Below are positions 47,868-57,954 of a stretch of 64,000 nt of DNA, one piece after another; position 1 is the stretch's first letter, and each line of letters opens with the position of its first letter. The position numbers and the translations under genes are program-made. A model generated the notes under the pieces. It searched no databases and was not told the DNA's origin. It was given only the letters and a program-made list of their open reading frames with translations. The DNA is from Rebecca billardiae RCC1528 (Eukaryota; Protista; Haptophyta): NCBI GenBank assembly GCA_965240325.2, contig OZ251242.1:124001-188000 (forward strand), written 5' to 3'.

Positions 47868-47946
47868 GGCGCCGCAGCGGGCCGCGACGTCCGCGGCCGC
47901 ACGGGGGGGCGAGGCGGACGGGCCTTTGGAATTCAGCGTGCGATGA
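46156..47946 (+). CDS. Calmodulin-like protein with four EF-hands and long N- and C-terminal extensions
   Basis: EF loops DRDRSATISVTE, DASRDGAISFCE, DADGTGTISRSE, DTNGDGQIDYRE. CaM-like LGQNP linker. Confidence 0.85.
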
Positions 47947-48318
47947 CTCGGACGTCGGCCGCACGTCGACTGCGGCGGGCAAACTGATTACTGGCAGCTC
48001 GGCCGGGCACGGCCGCACAGGCTACGCGGCCCCGGGGCCCGCGCCGCCAACTGAGCGGCTAGCTGGCGCGCAGCATTTGCAGGGCGCCGCCGCCGCGCCG
48101 TCACGTCGAGTCACTTTATTTACGAGTACTGCTAGCTAGTCGGCACCGCGTAGTACAGTTTACTAAGAATAAGAGACGCACACAGCTCAGGCAGGCGAGA
48201 TACAACTCAGAGTAGTAATTAGTTCAAGTACTCCGATTCCGAAGTCGGAGTTCGGAGAGTACGAGTACCGCCGCCCGGGACCGGATGACGATGATGCCAC
48301 TACCCCGTACCCGGTGCG

Positions 48319-48730
48319 CCCGCCGCGCGCCGGCGCGGGCGGCGGGCGGCGCCGGGGTGCCGCGAATGCTCGTGGCCGCGTGCTCGCCGCCACCAACCGG
48401 TCCGGACGACGAGGCGCGCGCTCGACCGCGCGCTGACGCGGCCGGGGCGGTAGCCTAGTGCAGCGGACCGCGTGCTGCGGTGCACGTGCTGACGGCTGCC
48501 GAACTCACGCGTGACTCAGTACCCGCGGCGCGAGCCAACTCGCCGATTCTGACGGTGAATAAATCGTCACATCACTGAAGTAGAAGCGCTGTACCGAGTG
48601 CCGCGCAGCCGTGGGACCCGCACCGCCCGAGTACGACATGCGCACGCTCGCGCTGCGCACGCGAGGGCTCTCGGGCGGATCGGGCGCGCAGCTCGCCGCG
48701 CTGTCGTCGGAACGAGGCGGCGGCGGCTGC
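48319..48730 (+). pseudogene. Inverted, insertion-riddled partial duplicate of the FtsH-like AAA gene (source about 45128-44849)
   Basis: Exact shared blocks such as ctcgccgccaccaaccggt, ctcgaccgcgcgctgacgcggccggggcggt, ccgcccgagtacgacatgcgc and cgctcgcgctgcgcacgcgagggctctcgggcg occur in the same order, separated by short insertions. Confidence 0.92.
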
Positions 48731-48869
48731 TGATGAGCATGTCGAGTGACATCCAGCCAGCCCGCGGGCCCCGGCCGCTCGCGCGCGGCTCTGACACGGC
48801 GAAAAGTGATGGCGGCACTATGACGACGACCGCACCGGGGCCGGACGAGGCCGGCTTTATTGAATATAC

Positions 48870-51331
48870 TCACACAGCAGGCTGGCAAGAGTCCTGGGCA
48901 ATCGTGCTGGCCATGCCATCGTGATGAATAACGGGCGTGTCCTTGGAAATGCCAATGGCCAGCGCGGTAGACTCAGGCAGGCGGCGGCGGCAAGCAGCGA
49001 CCGGGACCAGCGCTGCGAGGACGAGCGCGGCGCCCAGTGCGCCGGCGACGAGCAGTGCCGCCGTACCCAGGGCGGCCTCGTCATCTGACGCCAGCGCGAG
49101 GAAGCGGGAAGAGGGCTTGGATGCGTGCACGCCGGCCGGACAGTCGTTCAGGAGGAGGCAAAGCACCCGCTTGGTGACAGAGGGCAGAGTGGCTGCCAGC
49201 TGCGCGCGCAGTCGGCCGCGTGGGCAGCGCGGCAGACAGACGTCGCGGTGAATGAGGTGGGCGGCGGCTGAGCGCGCACGCGCGGAGCGGCTGCAGGCGG
49301 CCCGCAGTCGGTCCGGCTCGTTGGGCGGGAGCAAGCACGAGCGCGTGTCTGAAGGGCACAGGCACGACCCTGGGTATCCCGCGCTAGCGGTGCACATGGG
49401 CGCGCGCACACGGCTGGGCGCGGCGCATGCGCGCACACCATGAAGAAGCACACGGGGCCACACGCAGCTGCCGGCGGTGGCGATGGCGGCGGTGGCGGCG
49501 GCAATGGCGGCGGCGGCGGTGGCGGAGCCGGTGGCGGCGGCGATGGCGGCGGCGATGGCGGCGGCGATGACGGTGGTGGTGATGGCGATGGCGGTGGTGG
49601 TGGCGATGGCGGCGGTGACGTATCCGGCGGCGGCGGCGATGGCGGCGGCGATGGTTGTGGTGATGGTGGTGGTGGCGATGGCGGCGGCGATGGTTGTGGG
49701 GACGGCGGTGGCGATGGCGGCGGTGATGGCGGCGGCGGCGGTGGCGGGGCTGGCGGCGGTGGCGACGGTGGCGGAGCCGGCGAGGTGACATATCGGACAA
49801 AATCGTCATTGTCCGCGTCGACGTAGTCATTGGGGTCGGCGTAGATCTTGTCGTATTGGCCATCGGCCGCGTAGATCTTGTCGTACTCACCATCGGCCGC
49901 CTTCACCGTGGTGAAGTATCCGCTTGAGACGTGCCCCTCGCCAGTTGCAAAGAATGTGTCATAGCCAGCGCCCCCTGCGGCCGGGGGTGGGCAGGCGCAG
50001 GCGCGGGCGCGCGCGCACCGGGGCTTAGAGCGATAGCAGCACGCAGCGCACATGCATGCGCGCGGCGCATCCATCAATCACGGCAGCATCCACTTCTTCA
50101 CCACCAGCGCATGCTGCGTGCGCTTACCTGTAAGGACGTTTATGGAGTACTTCCCTGCATTGAGCAACTGAAAGACGTCGTCCCCGTTTCCGCCTGTGCA
50201 GGGCGCGGGGCGTGCGGATGGCAGGCGCGAAGGCTCGGATGAGCAAGCTGCAGCAGTAGCCGTGCGCGGCGCTGCCCCGGGCTCGACGCTGACAGACTGC
50301 ATGAGCCAGGCACTGGGCAGGCCGATCGACCAATCATCATCAAAGGCCACGCGGGCACGCGCGCGCACCGTAGAAATTGTTGTACGTCTTGCCATCACCC
50401 CCTGAGTTCGCCACAAGGTAGTCGCCGCCATCCTGCCCGTAGAAATTGTTGTAGGCAATACCTCCGAGAGACCCAGATGCGCCGACACCTCCATAAAATT
50501 TGTCGTCACCTGCAGCGCCCTGCAAGTGCACGCGCCGCGCGTGTGTGCACGTGTGCGCAGCGCGCGCGCGAGGGAGACGGCAACAGCACAGGATCGGCCG
50601 TGTGCGCAGCCAGGGAACGCCGGAACGGGCGTGCGCCGATGGCAAGCGGGTGCGTGTGTGTGCTGCCGGCGGGCAGGGACGCGGCTGTCAGCCAGTCCGC
50701 GTGGACTGAGTAGCACCCCATGGCATGGCGTGGGTGCGGCGCGTGCCAGTCTGAGTCTCCGACTGCGCGCAGGGGTAAAGACAGCGCCGCAGGGAGTGGC
50801 TGCGTCTCACGCACATAGACGTTGTTCACGGCGTTACCACCGCGATTAGAACCGCTATAGTCTCCGCCGTTGCCTCCGGTGAAGACGTCGTCGCTAGATT
50901 TCCCGGCGTAAGTGTTCACGTAAGAGTCGCCGCTCTTGCCGCTGGTGGCGTCCGCGCCGTCCTTGCCCGTCCAGATGAGAAGTGCGCGGCCGCGGCTGCG
51001 CAGCGCATGCAAGGCGAGGACCCGCGGGCGTAGCACCACCGGGGGGCTCATGCTGAGTGAAGCGGGCCCGTGTGGCGTGAGCTGGCCGCGTAGCGTGGCG
51101 TGAGCTGGCCGCGTCATAGGCGTAGCATGCGCCTGCTGCGCATCGCAGGGCGACGGCTCGGCGCAGCGCGTACTCGTGGTACCACGTGCTCAGTGCAGCC
51201 ACCCCCGTGGGGCTTGTCGGGCGGGGATGCCCCGCATGGCCTGGAGACGTCGCGGCGCGCTCGGCGATCGCGAGCGGCAGCATGCCACTCGCGAGGAGGA
51301 AGAGCGCGTGCCGCACGGCGCCGAGCCGCAT
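48870..51331 (-). CDS. Cell-surface protein: signal peptide, RTX/hemolysin-type Ca2+-binding GGxGxD repeats, Ser-Pro extensin-like stalk, C-terminal TM; exons include ?-50815, 50519-50369, 50193-50128, 49974-49439, 49199-48870 (first intron unresolved)
   Basis: Spliced product contains GKDGAD, GKSSDDVFT, GGNGGDYS, GAAGDDKFY, GQDGGDYLV, GGNGDDVFQ, GGAGYDTFF, then (SPPP)n, then a hydrophobic helix followed by RRR. Four GT..CAG introns restore the frame. Confidence 0.72.
49470..49790 (-). repeat. Coding (Ser-Pro-Pro-Pro)n extensin-like repeat
   Basis: Tandem GGCGGCGGCGAT-type units on the + strand. Confidence 0.9.
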
Positions 51332-52089
51332 GGTGGCTTCGGGAGGCTGACGAGGCTCGGCAGCGGAGCTCAGAGCTATTCGTGATCATCATTCAGGTCC
51401 GCCTGATTATTCGTAGTTGGCGGCGTGCCCGTTCGTCGACAAGCGGGCGGTGACCAAGTTTTGCTGGCGGCATATTTTCGGCGAATGGCAGCCGCGGAGC
51501 CTGTAACGGCCTGCGCTCGCTGCGCTCGCGCGGGACAGCAGTCCTTGGGACAGCGGCCATTACGGGCTGATATATCGAAATAGTGTGAAGGGGCGCGATG
51601 ATTCGACTCGAAGGCACGTACAAGACGATGTCAAAGGCTCGAATACCGCCGCCAGTAATAAACGATGATATCTAGATAGTGATATAGTGTCATCAATATG
51701 ACGACTGATTAGATCAAATTAGCTTGCGTAACGGCCTGCTCGCTGCGCTATTATAAATCGATGACTGTGATGATAGGGCGGCGGCCTATTTTTGATCATC
51801 ATTGATGACCACCGCCAGGCGTAAGTGTATGATACTACTCATCATCTTTACGCGACATTACAGTTATTCCCGCGCTTGATCCCCCGGGTCGACGAAAGGA
51901 AGGGGCGGAGCGCAACGCGATTGGCCTGCTGAGCGCCCGACCGGCCTGCGCCGCGCGGCGCGCGCCCCGCGCCTCCGGAGAATCGCGGAGCCTGCCTCTG
52001 GGCCGGTCATACGGACCGGCGCAGATGTGTCATTCGCGTCGAGTGCGGACGAGTCAATGACCTAGCCTGTCCTAGGCCGGTCGGCGCCC

Positions 52090-53057
52090 TCAGCCGCCCA
52101 TCGCCTTGCGCTGCTGCCGGCGCGCGGTGAGCGTGAACTCCGTGTAGCCGTTGGGCGCGTCGCGCCCGCCGAACACGAGGTCGAGCGCGGCGTGCCACTC
52201 CGGCCCGTCAAAGTCCGGCGCCATCGGCTTGTAGTCCGGGTCGGCCGCGTTCTGCTCGTCGACGAGGCGCGCCATCCGCGTGAGCGACTCGAGCACCTCG
52301 TCCTCGGAGACGACGGCGTGGCGCAGCCAGTTGGCGATGTGCTGGCTCGAGATGCGCAGCGTCGCGCGGTCCTCCATCAGCGCCACGCCGTGCAGGTCCT
52401 TCACCTTCGAGCAGCCCACGCCCTGCCCGACCCAGCGCGAGACGTAGCCGAGAATGCCCTGCGCGTTGTTGTCCAGCTCGGCGTGCACGTGCGCGCGCGA
52501 GTGGCCAAAGTGCGCGGCGTCCTCGACCGGGATGGTGAGCAGCTTGGGCCGCGCGCTCAGCGAGTCCCGCCCGCGCAGCGCCGCCAGCTTCGCCTGCACC
52601 GCCGGCACGCTCGTCTCGAGGTAGTGCAGCGCGTGCAGCGTCGCGGCGGTCGGGTTTGGCACCCACGCGCACGACGCGCCCGCGTGCAGGTGGCCCACCT
52701 TCTCCTTGAGCATCTTGGCCATGGCGTCGGGCGCGGCCCACATGCCTGCGCACCCACGCGCAGCACGCGCGGCCGAGGGCGCTCAGCCGCCGGGGCGCGC
52801 GCGCGCGCGCGCGCGGGCGGCCGAGCAGCGCGGAGGGCGCAGCGGTGGGCGGCGCGCGCCGCACGCCGCGCGCGCCGCACCCTTGCCAATCTGGCCGCGG
52901 CCGACGAGGCCGGCGGCGAGGCCGGTGGCGACGTTGGCCTCCTCGTACGCCGGGTACCACGCCGTCGCCTTGAGCTCGGCCTTGGGCGGCATCGGCCCCG
53001 CCTCCATCGACGTGTGGATCTCATCGCCCGTGCGGTCGAGGCTGCGGGCGCAACGGC

Positions 53058-53108
<51 letters not shown>

Positions 53109-54865
53109 CGCGGCGGGGCGGGCGCGGGCGCGGCGCGCGGTCAGCGCGCGCGCGCACGGGCGGCGTGTGCCGGCCTGGGCGCGTCGCGCCGGCGGTCGCC
53201 CCAGCGCCGCCGCCCAGCGCCGCGCGCACGCCGCGCCGCGCACAATCCGGTGTTGATGAAGACGAGCCGGTGCTTGGCCGCGCGGATCATCTCGGGAAGG
53301 TTCACGGAAGCGCGCCGCTCCTCGTCCATCACGCCCAGCTTGACCGTGTGCTGGCCCAGGCCGAGGAGCGCCTCGACGCGGCCGAAGAGCTCGTCGACGA
53401 GCGCCACCTCCGCGCTCGAGTGCATCTTCGGCTTCACCACGTACACCGAGCCCGCGCGCGAGTTGACGAAGCGCCCGGTCCGGAGCAGGTCGTGCTTGGC
53501 GGCGAGCACGGTGATCGCGGCGTCCAGGAAGTGCTCGGGGATGTCCACCGGACTTCCCCCGGACCCGGGGCCGGAGTGCGGGCCGGACTCGAGCTGCGCG
53601 ATGTCGGTGTACATGTGCAGCCCGACGTTGCGGCAGAGCAGCACCGCCCGCCCCGGCACCGTCACCTCGCCGCGCCCGTCCGCGCGCGTCCACGTCCGGT
53701 CGGGCGCGAGCGCGCGCGTGCCGCCCGCCTTGCCGTCGGCGCCGCCCGCCATCTCGACGGCGAGATCGCCCTTCATCAGCCCGGCCCAGTTGGCGTAGAC
53801 GCGCATCTTGTCCTCCGCGTCGACGGTGCACGCCGAGTCCTCCGCGTCGGCGATCGTCGTCAGCGCCGACTCGAGCCGCACGTCGCGCAGCCCCGCCGCG
53901 TGCGCCGCCCCCACCGGGTGGCGCCGGTCAACGACCAGCTCGACGTGCAGCCCGTGCCGCTTGAAGAGAAGCGCTTTCGGATCGGTGGCCGGCCCGGTGT
54001 ACCCGACGAAGTCGGCGGGGTGCGCGAGCGCGGCGGCCCCGCCGTCGAGCCGCGCGCGCACGTGCCCCGAGCCCGTCACCGACAGCCCCGTCACGCCGCC
54101 CCACGAGCCGCCCACCAGCGGCAGCACGTGATCGAGCCGGCGGTGGACCTCCTCAAACACGGCCGCGCCGCGCTGTGGGTCGTACGCGCCGCCGCGCGCG
54201 CCGGGCAGCGCGTCGGTGCCGTAGAGCGCGTCGAGGAGGGAGCCCCAGCGCGCGTTGCACGCGTTGAGGATGAACCGCGCGTTGTCCACCGGGCACACCA
54301 GCTGCGGCCCCGCCACGCTCGCCAGCTCCGCGTCGACGTTCTCCGTGAGCACGGCGACAGGCTCGGCTGAGGCGGGAGGCTCGACGTAGCCGATCTCGGC
54401 GAGGAAGGACGCGTACGCCTCGGCGTCGGGCGGGACGGCGGGGTGCGTGCGGTGCCACACGTCGATCTGCGCCTGCAGCTTGTCGCGCGTGCGCAGCAGC
54501 GCCGCGTTGCGCGGCGCGAGCTCCCGGACCATCGCCGCAAATCCGGACCAGAACGCGCCCGGCTCGACGCCCGTGCCGGGCATGATGGTGGCGTCGACGA
54601 GGTTCTTGAGCGCGGCGTCGACGCGCAGGCCGTCGACGGTCTCGTACGCCCGCGTGCGCGACGCCGTCGACGGCGGCGCCGGCTTGCGCTCGAGCAGGGC
54701 CGCGCGCGCGGACGGCGCGCGCGCCGTGGCCGCCGCGGCCGCGGCCGCGCCCGGCGGCGGCATTGCCGCGTGCGCGGCGGTGGAGGGCGCGGTGGAGAGC
54801 GAGATGGCGGAGCGCTTGAGCCCGCGCGCCACCGCACGCGTCGCCGCGACGAAGGTGCGCCCCAT
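52090..54865 (-). CDS. glcB: Malate synthase G; exons 54865-53244, 53041-52881, 52745-52090
   Basis: MSG motifs [79 protein letters not shown]|[17 protein letters not shown]|[33 protein letters not shown]. Two GT..CAG introns. Confidence 0.95.
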
Positions 54866-55395
54866 GACGGCGCGCGGCGTGCGTGCGATGGGCGGCGGAG
54901 TCGTGTGCGCGCGCGGACGGACGGCGCTGGCAGGGCCGACGGCCGGTCGGGCAGATGAGGGCCGGGAGCCGCCGGCTTAGCGAAATCCATAATCAGCGCG
55001 CGCACCACTCGTCGAAGCGGTGCGCAACCGCCGAAGAACCAGACCCGCAAAAGCGCACTCAGCGATGTCTTCTGCGCGAATGCGCCAATTCGTTTCGTCG
55101 GTTTTGGAGCGCACCGAGACCAAAGTCGACCAAAGTTCGCTGGCGACGGCGACGAGCGGCGGCGACGCGGCCTCACGGGGCATTCGATGGGCCCGAAACT
55201 CGTGTGCATTCGGACGAAATCGGCCGATGCATTTCCTCGCGAAAAGTTGGCTCGCAGCTCTGGTTGCCGTTCGCGCCGTGCTGCCGTCCACACCGCGCAT
55301 CCGGCCGCCCCTCGCCCCGCCGCTCCTCCCGGAGGCGCTCGCCCGTCCCGCTCGACCCGCACCCCGACACCACACGCGCACACCGAGCCGAGACC
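54866..55395. promoter_or_regulatory. Putative bidirectional promoter shared by malate synthase G and isocitrate lyase
   Basis: 530-bp lower-GC spacer between divergent start codons. No specific site identified. Confidence 0.55.
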
Positions 55396-57954
55396 ATGCT
55401 GCCCACGGGACCGACGAGCACCTTCGCCAAGCCCGCCGCGATCAGCACGCTGCGCGCGCTCTCCTCGGCGGGCGCGATGCCGCGGATGCCGCCGCCGCGC
55501 CGCGACGTCGCCGCCGAGGCCAAGGCGATCGAGGAGTGGTGGGCGACGCCGCGCTGGCAGGGCGTGAGCCGGCCGTACGGCGCGAAGGACGTCGTCGCGC
55601 TCCGCGGCTCGCTCGAGCAGTCCTACCCCTCCGAGCCGATGGCGCAGAAGCTGCACGCAACACTCGTCGAGTGCCAGCGGACGGGCGGCCACTCGCGCAC
55701 GTTCGGCGCGCTGGACCCGGTGCAGGCGGTGACGATGGCGCCCAAGCTCACCTCGATCTACGTCTCCGGCTGGCAGTCCTCCTCCACCGCCTCCTCCTCC
55801 AACGAGCCCGGCCCGGACTTTGCCGACTACCCGAAGGACACGGTGCCCAACAAGGTCGACCAGCTCTTCCGCGCGCTGCAGCACCACGACCGCCGCACGT
55901 GCGCGCGCGCGCACGGGGGCGCGGGGGCGCGCGTGCGGGGCGGCGGGGGACCAGGGGGGGTCCGGGGGCGGGCGGGGTGCGAGGCGCACCGCGAGCGCGG
56001 GGGGCGGGCGAGAGCGCCGCGCGCGCGCGCGCCCCCCGCCTGGGCCGCGCATGCGCGCGCGCGCGCGCGCGCGCCCCCCGCCCCCTGACGCTCGCCCGCC
56101 CGCCCGCCGCCGCTCGGCGCTCGGCTCCGCGGCGTGGCGCAGGTGGGAGGCGGCGATGCGCGACGGCGAGCTCGACGCGCGCCCCGACTTCCTCACCCCC
56201 ATCGTCGCCGACGGCGACACGGGCCACGGCGGCATCACCGCCACGATGAAGCTGATGAAGATGATGGTCGAGCGCGGCGCGGCCGGCGTCCACTTTGAGG
56301 ACCAGGCGCATGGCACCAAGAAGTGTGGGCACATGGGCGGCAAGGGTGCGCGGCGCGCGTGCGTGCACCCCGGGCGCGGGCGCGCCGAGCGCCGAGCGCC
56401 GCGTGTCTCTCGCGCGGAGACGCGCGCGAGGCGGCGCGGCGCGCGCCACACGCGCTCACCGCGCGCCCACTGCGGCACCGCGCCCACTGCGGCACCGCGC
56501 CCACCGCGGCACCGCGCCCACCGCGACACCCGCCCACCTCCAGTGCTGGTGCCGGCGCAGGAGCACGCGGACCGGCTGGTGGCGGCGCGGCTGCAGGCGG
56601 ACGTGATGGGCACGAGCACGCTCGTGATCGCGCGCACCGACGCCGAGGCCGCCACCCTCCTCTCCTCCAACATCGACGCGCGCGACCAGCCGTACATCCT
56701 CGGCGCGACCGAGCGGCGCCCGCTGGACGGCACAGCGCTCGACGGCGCGCGCACGCTCAACGACGCGCTCGCGGCCGCGAGCAAGATGGGGCTGAGCCCG
56801 GCGGACGTGGGCGCGTTCTCGGAGGGGTGGGTGGAGGCGGCCAAGCTCAAGACGTTCCCCGAGGCGGTGCGCGACGTCCTCGCCACCGCCGACGCCGACG
56901 GCTCGCGCCGCGCCGCGTTCGACTCTGGCCTCGCAGACAACTGGCAGACCGGCACGCCGCTGGCCGACATGCGCAAGCTGGCGGCCGACGTGCTCGGCGG
57001 CGACGCGTCCAAGGTGCCGCACTTCGACTGGGAGGCGCCGCGCGCGCGCGAGGGGTACTACCGCATCCGCGGCGGCACGGAGTACGCGATCGAGCGCGCC
57101 AAGGCCTACGCGCCGTACTGCGACCTGGTGAGTGCGCAGCGCGCAGCGCGCCGCGCGCCGCGCGCCGCGCGCCGCCCAGCGCGCACGCCGCGCCGCGCCG
57201 CGCCGCGCGCGCGCGCTGCTCACGCCGGCGCGCGCGCGCGCTCGCGCTTGCTCCCGCGGCGCAGCTGTGGATGGAGACGGCGAAGCCGATCCTGTCGCAG
57301 GCGGAGCAGTTCGCCGAGGGCGTGCACGCCGCGTTCCCCGGCAAGATGCTCGCGTACAACCTCTCGCCCTCGTTCAACTGGGACGCAGCCGGCATGTCGG
57401 ACGAGCAGATTGAGTCCTTCACGGGCGACCTGGGCGCGCGCGGCTTCGTGTGGCAGTTCATCACGCTGGCGGGGTTCCACTCGAACGGGCTGATCTCGCA
57501 CGAGTTCGTGAACGGGTACGCGGAGCGCGGGATGGGCGCGTACGTCGAGATGATCCAGAGGCGCGAGCGCGCCGCCGGCGTCGAGCTGCTGAAGCACCAG
57601 CAGTGGTCGGGCGCCGCTCTGATGGATTCGCAGGTCTCGACTGCGACGGGCGGCAAGACCTCGACCGCCTCGATGGGCGCGGGGGTGACGGAGTCGCAGT
57701 TCGGCGCGAAGGAGGGCGAGGTGCGCGCGCGCGCGCGCGCAAGCAGCGCCGCGAGCGGCCCTCGCTGCATGCCGCACGCCCACCACCTCACAACCCTCCG
57801 CCGCCGCTTTTGCGCCCGCCGCCGCCGCTGCGCCGCGTGTGGACCACAGCCGGCAAAGCCGATCGCGCAGGCCATTAAGGAGTTCGCCTTCGAGTTCAAG
57901 AACCAGAAGGCGCTCGAGCCGCGCTTCCTGCGCTCGAGCCTCGACACGCCATAG
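55396..57954 (+). CDS. ICL1: Isocitrate lyase, long plant/fungal type; exons 55396-55898, 56143-56345, 56544-57127, 57265-57720, 57850-57954
   Basis: [28 protein letters not shown], catalytic KKCGHMGGK|VLVP, ARTD, ~100-aa domain II insert ending [46 protein letters not shown]. Four GT..CAG introns. Confidence 0.95.
56457..56535 (+). repeat. Short tandem repeat (about 17 bp, caccgcgcccactgcgg) in ICL intron 2
   Basis: Three to four visible imperfect copies. Confidence 0.75.

Noticed and set aside
52090-54865. Bacterial contamination suggested by malate synthase G
   Set aside because: The gene has two canonical spliceosomal introns, a eukaryotic-style leader and the same composition as its neighbours.
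55396-57954. Methylisocitrate lyase or frameshifted ICL pseudogene
   Set aside because: The catalytic motif is KKCGHM (ICL type) and every frame change is explained by GT-AG introns.
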